Shown here: one piece after another, positions 1 to 7,234 of the stretch
How positions within the stretch are numbered: position 1 is the first letter of the stretch
Layout of the letters: each line of letters starts with the position of its first letter
Source of the DNA: a virus
Reading direction: 5' to 3' (one strand)
Length of the DNA stretch: 22,910 bases
IMG/VR virus record: IMGVR_UViG_3300014203_000140
Notes under the pieces: generated by a model
What the model saw: the letters and a program-made list of their open reading frames with translations, nothing else
The model's database searches: none
Told to the model about the DNA's origin: nothing
Program-made: the position numbers and the translations under genes

Positions 1-77
1 CTGATTTTAACGCAGCTAAAAATATTGCTTTTAGGGCAGTTGTCAACCTGCCTAATGTGCTCTGCTTAGGTAACTAA
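1..77 (+). CDS. tnpB: C-terminal fragment of an IS200/IS605-family TnpB (RNA-guided nuclease); 5' part lies outside the window
   Basis: The frame starting at nt 3 reads DFNAAKNIAFRAVVNLPNVLCLGN* (TAA 75-77). D-x-N-A-A-x-N-I is the RuvC-III motif that ends TnpB proteins. Not in the supplied ORF track. Confidence 0.85.
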   Translation, partial: DFNAAKNIAFRAVVNLPNVLCLGN

Positions 78-122
78 GACGTAGAAGCGCAAGCTCCACA
101 GCTTTAGCGTGGAGAAGTTGAC
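1..122 (+). mobile_element. Right end of an IS200/IS605 (IS1341-like) insertion sequence
   Basis: The tnpB tail is followed by a subterminal hairpin, CTCCAC(94-99)-A-GC-TTTA-GC-GTGGAG(109-114), then AAGTTGAC ending at 122. This matches the typical right-end layout of hairpin plus GTT(C/G)AC. The exact end could be off by a base or two. Confidence 0.8.
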
Positions 123-645
123 TTGTCAGTACTGTGGAAAATCAAGTCCAGAAGTAGTTCTTGAGGTAGATCACGTAACTCCTGTTTCAAAAGGAGGAAC
201 TAACGAATTTGAAAATTTAATAACCTCCTGTAGAGAATGCAACCGTGGCAAATCAGATCATGAAGTTATCCCCACCGAGTTAGATGTGGATTGGAATAAT
301 GTTTTCAGTATATGGGACAAACAGAAGGAAGTAGACGAAGTTATTGAAGATTGTAAAAACAAACTCAAAGAAGCGCTTGTCAAATTAAAAGAATTGAAAA
401 CCGGAGAAATTGACAACACCCTTAGGTATATAGATACCATTTTCAAAAACCCCTTAGAGGATTTAAATGTCCAGAATCAATTAGCTCAAGGTAAATCATT
501 GGAGCAAGTAATACAATATTATTGGGAATTGACGGGAGAATTAAAATATCAAAAATTATTGGAAGAAAATAAATACGAATTTGAAATTAAGATAAAATTA
601 GACGAGGGAGATCAAGGAGAAGCCAACTGTTTTTCAAAACGATGA
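123..645 (+). pseudogene. HNH endonuclease (CxxC...DH...GG...N...CxxCN) with a helical C-terminal extension, 5'-truncated by the IS insertion
   Basis: TCQYCGKSSPEVVLEVDHVTPVSKGGTNEFENLITSCRECNRGKSD is a canonical HNH/Zn motif. The residues normally upstream of the first CxxC are replaced by IS DNA, and the tracked GTG start (109) lies inside the IS hairpin. Confidence 0.75.
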
Positions 646-727
646 TACATGAAACGACACGGCAGATACATCGGACATGAAACCAACACCCTGGAAGAAA
701 ACGTAAGTAATTCTATGAGGTAGAAAA

Positions 728-1111
728 ATGAACTGCGAAGCATGTAAAACTGAAATAACAACTGAAATATGCCCAAATTGTGGATTAAAACAGCAGAAAA
801 CCTTGTGTAAAGACTGTCTTAAGAAGTTCCATAAAGACTATCTAAACATGGGTTTGTGCCCGTCCTGCTTTGAAATCGAGAAAGCAGCGCCCTTTAAGAG
901 CCCTTCAATTGCGTTGGTATTGTCTATCCTTCCGGGATTAGGGCAATATTATTTGGGACAGAAGGACAAAGGCGGGTTCTATTTAGGGCTGTTTTGCCTT
1001 TGTTGGGTTATCCCGGTAATTGGTTGGATTATGTTGCCGGCTGCAGTTGTGTTTCCGGCAGCTGATGCGTATAAGACAGCGAAGAGAATGAATACAATGG
1101 ACGAAGCGTAA
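728..1111 (+). CDS. Zinc-ribbon plus TM2-domain membrane protein
   Basis: Four CxxC pairs at the N-terminus, then KSPSIALVLSILPGLGQYYLGQKDKG (TM2-type motif) and a second hydrophobic helix. Confidence 0.75.
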   Translation: MNCEACKTEITTEICPNCGLKQQKTLCKDCLKKFHKDYLNMGLCPSCFEIEKAAPFKSPSIALVLSILPGLGQYYLGQKDKGGFYLGLFCLCWVIPVIGWIMLPAAVVFPAADAYKTAKRMNTMDEA

Positions 1112-1132
1112 AACCCCCGGGTCTTTAGCTTT

Positions 1133-1378
1133 GTGGCAGTTCACTTCAATTCTAGTTGTCAAGGACTGCTTGACAACTTAAAAAACGGAGATGATAACAT
1201 TCAAGTATGGCTCTGTTCCCTATGTTCTCCATCCTGGTCATGTCCATTACCTTGCTTTGACATGAAAGCCCCTGATTGGTGTCCTTATAATATCAGGCAA
1301 CCCGAATTCAATCTTATAAATCTGGACAAGCAGGAACTCTGTAAAATGATGGATAACATTATCAAAATAAACGACTAA
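1133..1378 (+). CDS. Small Cys-rich hypothetical protein (start uncertain)
   Basis: Fills the gap between the TM2 gene and terS. Contains CSLC...CPLPC...PDWCP. GTG start with no clear RBS. Confidence 0.45.
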   Translation: MAVHFNSSCQGLLDNLKNGDDNIQVWLCSLCSPSWSCPLPCFDMKAPDWCPYNIRQPEFNLINLDKQELCKMMDNIIKIND

Positions 1379-1394
1379 TATATAAGTGATATAA

Positions 1395-1871
1395 ATGGAA
1401 GTCCGGAAAAAAACGAAGCCTAGAAAAACAAAAGCTAAAGCTCCACCAAATCCGAACGTTTTTAATTGGACTCCGAAAAGAAAACTTGCTGCAAAACTGC
1501 TGTCAGAGGGGATATATAATTATGAGGAAGTTCAGGAACAGGTTCGGATAGGCAAAACTACTCTATGGGAGTGGAGGCAGAACCCAATCTTCCTCAAGGA
1601 AGTTGACCGGCTTACTCTTGAAAACGACCTTGTCACTCGGGCAGGACTGATCAGGGAATGCATGAAAGGTCTTAACCTGAAGAAAGATCACATAGAGACC
1701 GATAAGAATACTCACCTGCACTATGTCCAGGCCATAGCTGATCTTCAGGGGCTTCTCAAGCAGAAAGTAGAGCTTGACGGGAACATGAACCATACTGGCG
1801 GGGCTGTAACGATCTACATTCCTGATAACGGTAGGGACAAAAAACAAGATGAAAAGCAAGAACCTTCCTGA
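1395..1871 (+). CDS. terS: Terminase small subunit (HTH)
   Basis: Basic N-terminus, HTH-like segment (YEEVQEQVRIGKTTLWEWRQNPIF) and C-terminal IYIPDNGRD. Overlaps terL, with GTGAT upstream of the ATG. Confidence 0.8.
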   Translation: MEVRKKTKPRKTKAKAPPNPNVFNWTPKRKLAAKLLSEGIYNYEEVQEQVRIGKTTLWEWRQNPIFLKEVDRLTLENDLVTRAGLIRECMKGLNLKKDHIETDKNTHLHYVQAIADLQGLLKQKVELDGNMNHTGGAVTIYIPDNGRDKKQDEKQEPS

Positions 1872-3282
1872 AGAAGAAAAAGAAATCCGTCCCCAGCCAG
1901 GACCTCAGGAAGCTTTCCTTAGCTCCCCAGCTGATATTATCATATATGGAGGTTCAGCAGGCTCGGGGAAGTCTTTTGTACTCCTTATAGAGCCTCTTAG
2001 GCACATCAATGTCAAAGGATTCACATCTACTATTTTTAGGAGAACGTACCCTCAGATTATGAATGAGGGGGGGCTCTGGCATACTTCCCAGGAAATCTAT
2101 CCTTACGTCGGTGGAGTTCCAAGGGAGTCTGATGTTAGGTGGCAATTCAAAAACGGGAACTCTATTAAATTTGCTCATCTCGAACACGAGAAATCAAAGC
2201 TTGGATACCAGGGTTCCCAGATCTGCTATATCGCGTTTGACGAGCTCACGCACTTTAGCGAAGGCCAATTCTTCTATCTCCTCTCCAGGAATCGTTCAAC
2301 TTGCGGAGTCAAGCCATATATGAGAGCTACCTGCAACCCGGATCCTGACAGCTGGGTAGCCTCCTTCATAGCCTGGTGGATTAACCAGGAAACTGGATAC
2401 CCGATCTCTGAACGGTCCGGAGTGATCCGTTACTTTGTGAGGCATGGAGATAGTATCTACTGGGGCGATACCCCAGAGGGTCTCTGGGACCAGGTTCAAA
2501 ACCTAATCCCGGAGACAGACTTTCACCCCACTTCATTCACGTTCATTGCAGCCAAGCTTGAGGACAACCATGCACTCACGGATAAAGATCCGGGGTACCG
2601 GGGCAGGCTGTTGTCTTTACCACTTGTGGACAGGGAGAGGCTGTTGGGAGGGAACTGGAAGATCCGCTACCAGGCCGGGACGATGTTCAAGTACGAATAC
2701 TTCAAAGTGATCGAAGCCCGGGAAATTCCCTGCAACCCACGGGACCTCCGACTTGTCAGATGGTGGGATGCAGCTGCTACTGCTCAATCAAAAGACTCTT
2801 CCAATCCTGACTGGTGCTCCGGGGTCCTCATGGGAACGTACAAAGGAGAATACTTCATCATGGATGTCCAGCACTTCCGGGAGAACCCTGCAGGCGTTTA
2901 CAAGATGATAGAATATACCCGGGACCTTGACGGAAAGAGGGTAGACATCGGCATGGAGCAGGAGGGGGGAAGTGCAGCAAAGAGGGAGATCGACACTCTC
3001 AAGAAGTCCATGTTTGAAGGCTATTCTTTCCGAGGAGAAACAAGTTCAGGGAGCAAGGTTGTAAGGGCGAAGCTGTTTTCCTCAGCTTGCGAGAACGGAT
3101 TAGTGTATCTTGTAAGGGGGTCCTGGAACCACGAATTTGTATCCGAACTTGTGAACTTTCCGGATCCAAAGTTCCACGATGACCAGGTGGACTCCGCCGC
3201 AGCCGCGTTCAATTATCTTTCCGGGAAAAATTCGTCTAAAATTGAAGATTACCTGGGACTTTACCAGACAAAACCAAAATAA
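1849..3282 (+). CDS. terL: Terminase large subunit
   Basis: Q-motif PQPGPQEAFL, Walker A GGSAGSGKS, Walker B IAFDELTHF, coupling motif ATCNP, and RNase H-like nuclease residues (WWDAA...HDDQVDS). Confidence 0.96.
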   Translation: MKSKNLPEEEKEIRPQPGPQEAFLSSPADIIIYGGSAGSGKSFVLLIEPLRHINVKGFTSTIFRRTYPQIMNEGGLWHTSQEIYPYVGGVPRESDVRWQFKNGNSIKFAHLEHEKSKLGYQGSQICYIAFDELTHFSEGQFFYLLSRNRSTCGVKPYMRATCNPDPDSWVASFIAWWINQETGYPISERSGVIRYFVRHGDSIYWGDTPEGLWDQVQNLIPETDFHPTSFTFIAAKLEDNHALTDKDPGYRGRLLSLPLVDRERLLGGNWKIRYQAGTMFKYEYFKVIEAREIPCNPRDLRLVRWWDAAATAQSKDSSNPDWCSGVLMGTYKGEYFIMDVQHFRENPAGVYKMIEYTRDLDGKRVDIGMEQEGGSAAKREIDTLKKSMFEGYSFRGETSSGSKVVRAKLFSSACENGLVYLVRGSWNHEFVSELVNFPDPKFHDDQVDSAAAAFNYLSGKNSSKIEDYLGLYQTKPK

Positions 3283-3287
3283 TTCAA

Positions 3288-3294
3288 TTTTTTT
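3288..3294 (+). terminator. Possible archaeal oligo-T terminator after terL
   Basis: T7 run 6 nt after the terL stop, within a T-rich intergenic region. Confidence 0.35.
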
Positions 3295-3331
3295 CCAAAA
3301 ATACATACATTTTTATTCTTTTAAGCTGTTT

Positions 3332-3363
3332 TTTATATTGTTAACACTGTTAACTTTAAAAAA
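3332..3363 (+). promoter_or_regulatory. TATA box followed by a GTTAAC-N3-GTTAAC palindrome (copy 1), upstream of the portal operon
   Basis: TTTATATT-GTTAAC(3340-3345)-ACT-GTTAAC(3349-3354)-TTTAAAAAA. A near-identical copy lies at 9214-9245. Confidence 0.7.
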
Positions 3364-3376
3364 CGGCGGTGATCTT

Positions 3377-3700
3377 ACGGACTTTGCAGCAATCTCGGAA
3401 ACTATCTATTTTGTATCAGGTATCGGGGCAGCTATCGTCAGCGCATATGGCGGAATGAGGGCAAGCGGAAGAACTACGTATCCTGTCAAGAAGATTGAAG
3501 CTGGCAGGGAGAAGATCCAGGCACTCACAGAATCAAATAAACTCCTCGAGGGCATAGCTGAACTTATCAGTGAAGTCTCAGCCGACGAAGTCTCAGCCAT
3601 GATTGCGAAGAAGAAAGAGCTGGACGCAACTCCTGGGATTACCACTGAGCAGAAGGCCATCACCCTGGGTATAATGTTCATGAATGCAATGAAACAGTGA
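3377..3700 (+). CDS. 107-aa protein with one N-terminal hydrophobic helix; probable true start is ACG at 3377
   Basis: GGTGAT(3368-3373)-CTT-ACG has the same RBS spacing as ATG-started genes in the window. Product: (M)DFAAISETIYFVSGIGAAIVSAYGGM...; stop overlaps the portal RBS. The tracked 3179 start overlaps terL and runs through the promoter. Confidence 0.65.
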   Translation, partial: TDFAAISETIYFVSGIGAAIVSAYGGMRASGRTTYPVKKIEAGREKIQALTESNKLLEGIAELISEVSADEVSAMIAKKKELDATPGITTEQKAITLGIMFMNAMKQ

Positions 3701-3704
3701 TCAT

Positions 3705-4952
3705 ATGCCGGCAATTACAGCAGCGGTCCCTACATCTTCACAGCCATTTAAGCTGTTTGCAGCCGCAGAACCCCTCTCAAGGAAAAACAAATCGGCCATC
3801 AAAGGACCGTACATCAATTTTGATGAAAAGAACAGGTTCACGCTGTATCAACAGCTGAGCACATGCAATCCTTACGTTTCTACATCCTTGAACAAATTGG
3901 GGCTGTCCCTGGTCAAAGGTATGGCTTTTGACGGCACAAGCAAGCGGAACTCCAAAGAGTTCGAGGACTTCTCAAAGAAAACTAACTTCCTTAATCAAGT
4001 TCAGAGTCTAGCAAGAATCCTTTGTCGTGATGGAACTTATACAGCTCTCCCTGTGAGCGGAACCAATGGCGGAAACTTCAGGCTGGCTCCTCTGCTCATG
4101 CCTGCTCTGACCATCCTCCCCGAAGGAGTTGAACCCGGGGCGAAAGTTGACGAGGTGATGAGTCCAGGACAGAACATCGAAGGGATGCGGTTCTGCCTAA
4201 ACGAAGGTGACAAACTTCAGGAAGTATATGATTATTCACAGGTCGTCTACGGAGTCTACAACGAATGGGACTCTGTTCAGGAAGACCTGAAAAAACGCAA
4301 GACCTATGGGCTGTACGGGTCCTCCCTTCTTGTTCCAATCATTCCTTCAATTCAGAACCTTCTCGATCTTGACCAGGGCTATGTGAGCTACGTCAAGAAG
4401 TACGGACGGGGAAGGTATGCAATCAACCTGAGAGCTCTCGAAGAAGCAGTCAAGCAAGGGATCATATCACCTGCTCAAGCTTCAGAAGCCGTAGCGGCAT
4501 TTGCTGAAGAGCACAAGAAGCTGAGTGAAAACGAGGACATCATAGGAGCTGGACTCGAAGTCCTAACTCCGGACGCAAAGGGCAGTCTTGATACGTCCAC
4601 GTTTAAGGCTTCCCTCGAAACAGAAATAATGCTCGGACTGTTTCAGAGCCCTCTGACAATGGGAATGTCCTCTAAGAGTACTTACGCATCTGCCTACCTG
4701 GTAGAAGAGGATCGGATGCTTGTCCTCGAAGGCCTTCAGAAAATCACGGAGTCGATCACGAACCAGGCCATCAATGCCAGGCTCAGAGCGATTGGAAAAC
4801 CCGAAGATTCTGTCTGGGTTAAATTTGACGAGCTGAGCAAGCCTGTACTAGATTTCGACACACTTCTTGAGATGTGTAATACTGGCAAGATCACAGATGA
4901 CGAACTGAGACAAAGGGCAGGATTTCCTGCAAAGGCGGTGGATACTGAATGA
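3705..4952 (+). CDS. Portal protein
   Basis: 415 aa, located after terL and before MuF and the capsid genes. Portal-like segments include YGSSLLVPIIPSIQNLL, VWVKFDEL and the terminal GKITDDELRQRAGF. RBS GTGAT-CAT-ATG. Confidence 0.85.
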   Translation: MPAITAAVPTSSQPFKLFAAAEPLSRKNKSAIKGPYINFDEKNRFTLYQQLSTCNPYVSTSLNKLGLSLVKGMAFDGTSKRNSKEFEDFSKKTNFLNQVQSLARILCRDGTYTALPVSGTNGGNFRLAPLLMPALTILPEGVEPGAKVDEVMSPGQNIEGMRFCLNEGDKLQEVYDYSQVVYGVYNEWDSVQEDLKKRKTYGLYGSSLLVPIIPSIQNLLDLDQGYVSYVKKYGRGRYAINLRALEEAVKQGIISPAQASEAVAAFAEEHKKLSENEDIIGAGLEVLTPDAKGSLDTSTFKASLETEIMLGLFQSPLTMGMSSKSTYASAYLVEEDRMLVLEGLQKITESITNQAINARLRAIGKPEDSVWVKFDELSKPVLDFDTLLEMCNTGKITDDELRQRAGFPAKAVDTE

Positions 4953-5242
4953 TAACGGTAATTCTAAACGGAGCTTATACTCTTGATGCTTCAGCAAAAA
5001 CAATATTATTCACAGACACATCACTCAAAAAAGAGAACTTCCTCAAAATAATAGATGTAGATCATAATTGCCTTATCTATGACAGCAACAGGCCGTTGCC
5101 AGGGCAGAACATTTCACTTGATCCAGTGACTCCAGGACTGTTTCATTATGATTACAACGGGGTTGCAGCGGGGTCTACCCTGCAGATATTTGTTGATCTC
5201 CCTTACATCTCAGTCACAGGTATTGACGGAGGCTCGCCCTAA
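4949..5242 (+). CDS. Hypothetical beta-rich virion protein ending in IDGGSP
   Basis: ATGA overlap with the portal stop. Its TAA directly abuts the in-frame ATG of the next gene. Confidence 0.7.
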   Translation: MITVILNGAYTLDASAKTILFTDTSLKKENFLKIIDVDHNCLIYDSNRPLPGQNISLDPVTPGLFHYDYNGVAAGSTLQIFVDLPYISVTGIDGGSP

Positions 5243-6601
5243 ATGCCTCGTAGTGTCAAAATCCAGACTAGGAGAGGATCTGCGGCGTCTTGGTCATCAG
5301 CAAATCCCGTTCTCGAAGCTGGAGAGCCTGGGTATGAGACAGACACTGGAGTCCTGAAAATAGGAAACGGGGTGGCGGCATATAACTCTCTATACCCCAT
5401 TGCCAGTTATATGGAGGGGATGCCTACTGGCATCGAATGGGATACAGCTTCGAGTTCTCCCACCCTTACACGGATCGATATCAACGGAAACGTAATAACC
5501 CCTACTGTATCTTTTTTTGACAACCACGCGATTTGGGGGCGGATAAGGAGATGCGTTCGCAACAAGGCCACCGGAGCCATATCGTATGGCACTAATCCTC
5601 GAGGAGATGGACTCACACTCGATGGTTCTGTTGGAGATGTCCTGGTCGAAATTCCCAACGCGAAATATAAATACGAAGTTTCTGGCACAAAACGGCGTTA
5701 TTGGGTCGCTCCGTTAAACTCAAATTATCCTGGGTTTTCAATCCACCCAGCTGCCATGCAGCGAGGCGGGACAGCACGCTCAAAATTGTATTTGGGAGCT
5801 TACGAATCCTATGGATACCTCGACGGTTCTACCTTCAAGTTAGGGTCCGCAACAAACAAAACCCCGGTTATCGGAGCAGTGGCATACACCAACTTACCGA
5901 ATACAGGCCGGCTGACTCTCGATGATGCAGAGTTGTATGCAAAAAACGCAGGGTATTCAGGGATTGGAAATGTCTGGACTTACTCTTACATGCAGCTGCT
6001 CATGTACATAGAGTACGGTACGCTAGATATTCAGACTGCACTCGGGAAAGGAATAGTGGATCTCGCGTCTGGCACCAATTTTGCAGGAAAACTGACCGGA
6101 GCAGATTCTATCGATTCTCGTCTGGACACGAACGGAACGGGAACTGGATCAGGCACAGCTGGGCAAACGCCCGTCTGTTGGAGGGGAATTGAAAATCCAT
6201 ATGGGAACTGCTGGGAGTTCATAGCTGGATTGAATATGTTCCTGAGCGATGGCACATATAGAGTCCTGAAACGAGATGGGACTGGAACTCCGGCTGCTGC
6301 TCTTGCAGCAGGATCATACGAGACCGGAGTCGGGACAGTGCCGATCTCGGCTGATGGATACATCAATGGTATACAATCTGAAGAGCTCGGAGCATTGTCA
6401 TTTATTCCGTCTGTTGATGCTGGATCAAGCTCGACGTATCTATGCGACCAGTTTTATTACCCTCGCTACAGCCCGTCTATCGTGCTGTTCGGCGGCGTTT
6501 GGTCTCACGGCCTGAGTACGGGCGTCGGCTGCCGGCATGCGTATTACGCTCCTTCGTCTTCCATTCGGACTATCGGCGCCCGCCTTGAGTTCTTGCTGTG
6601 A
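5243..6601 (+). CDS. Mtd-like fibre/receptor-binding protein with a C-terminal C-type-lectin (FGE-like) fold; putative DGR target
   Basis: The N-terminus IQTRRGSAASWSSANPVLEAGEPGYETDTGVLKIGNG is the Mtd_N/hyaluronidase-N anchor motif. The C-terminus has WRGIENPYGNCWEF...VLFGGxWxxG...G...IGARL, typical of DGR-targeted CLec domains. Confidence 0.85.
   Translation: MPRSVKIQTRRGSAASWSSANPVLEAGEPGYETDTGVLKIGNGVAAYNSLYPIASYMEGMPTGIEWDTASSSPTLTRIDINGNVITPTVSFFDNHAIWGRIRRCVRNKATGAISYGTNPRGDGLTLDGSVGDVLVEIPNAKYKYEVSGTKRRYWVAPLNSNYPGFSIHPAAMQRGGTARSKLYLGAYESYGYLDGSTFKLGSATNKTPVIGAVAYTNLPNTGRLTLDDAELYAKNAGYSGIGNVWTYSYMQLLMYIEYGTLDIQTALGKGIVDLASGTNFAGKLTGADSIDSRLDTNGTGTGSGTAGQTPVCWRGIENPYGNCWEFIAGLNMFLSDGTYRVLKRDGTGTPAAALAAGSYETGVGTVPISADGYINGIQSEELGALSFIPSVDAGSSSTYLCDQFYYPRYSPSIVLFGGVWSHGLSTGVGCRHAYYAPSSSIRTIGARLEFLL
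6455..6592 (+). other. Putative DGR variable repeat (VR); 5' boundary approximate
   Basis: Nt 6481-6580 contain 9 A and 64 G+C per 100 nt. The scaffold codons are nearly A-free, and ten NNY codons sit where DGR templates carry AAY. Confidence 0.75.
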
Positions 6602-6610
6602 GGTGATAGT

Positions 6611-6664
6611 ATGAATAAATTTAGTGAGATTGAAAAAGATGATATCCATCTACTAGGAGCCTAA
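6611..6664 (+). pseudogene. 17-codon ORF MNKFSEIEKDDIHLLGA with a perfect RBS; probable truncated gene remnant
   Basis: GGTGAT(6602-6607)-AGT-ATG(6611), stop TAA 6662-6664. Its end overlaps the GGAG RBS of the next gene. Confidence 0.5.
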
Positions 6665-6666
6665 AA

Positions 6667-6945
6667 ATGCCAGAATCCACAATATACCCTCAAGAAATTG
6701 AAATCGACACAATCAAAAACGGAGTAGCTCGTCTACTCGCACATTGGGACATCGAGGCAGTACTACACGACGAATCGACCGTCTATACATACGAAGAATC
6801 GGTCATTAGATGGACCCTCCCTGATACCTTTGAAAGCGAGGGGCAAACAATCATAATAACCACCAGAGACGACGTCAAAGCCTACGTACAGGCCAACTCT
6901 GCTGAAATAATGTCTTTCGCAAAAGCAACAAAATTAACGATGTGA
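6667..6945 (+). CDS. Hypothetical protein, possibly a fibre-associated chaperone
   Basis: 92 aa, GGAG RBS, acidic, located directly after the fibre gene. Function is inferred from position only. Confidence 0.7.
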   Translation: MPESTIYPQEIEIDTIKNGVARLLAHWDIEAVLHDESTVYTYEESVIRWTLPDTFESEGQTIIITTRDDVKAYVQANSAEIMSFAKATKLTM

Positions 6946-6949
6946 TTAT

Positions 6950-7198
6950 ATGAAACTCTTGAAACCAGATGCAACCACAGATGGAAAGATCATCTTTAAC
7001 TTTGAATCAAAAGGCGAGGTGATAACAATAATCAAAGAAGTTGCTGACCTCAAAAAGGCAACTCTGAAATCTGCAAAAGATGCGGCAGTAACAGAGGCAA
7101 AAGCGAAAGCAAAAGAAAAAGAGGATAAGAAGGCTAAAAGAGAAACTGCTCTCGCTGCACTCGAGGCAGCTGGAATCGTAGCGGAAGAAGTGGCATAA
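6950..7198 (+). CDS. Ala/Lys/Glu-rich helical hypothetical protein
   Basis: RBS GTGAT-TAT-ATG; 82 aa, colinear with its neighbours. Confidence 0.7.
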   Translation: MKLLKPDATTDGKIIFNFESKGEVITIIKEVADLKKATLKSAKDAAVTEAKAKAKEKEDKKAKRETALAALEAAGIVAEEVA

Positions 7199-7234
7199 GC
7201 TCGATCTGCAATATCGAAAAACGGATGTCAAAAA

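Noticed and set aside
649-723. 24-codon ORF MKRHGRYIGHETNTLEENVSNSMR, superficially like the MKRxG start of DGR reverse transcriptases
   Set aside because: The similarity stops after five residues, no RT motifs follow, and it is too short to support.
3179-3376. N-terminal 66 codons of the tracked 173-aa ORF
   Set aside because: Overlaps the terL end and runs through the T-rich terminator and promoter; the RBS points to 3377.
6637-6651. AGATG-ATATC-CATCT hairpin downstream of the VR as a DGR homing stem-loop
   Set aside because: Only 5 bp and AT-rich, unlike the GC-rich stems described for DGR targets; expected by chance.
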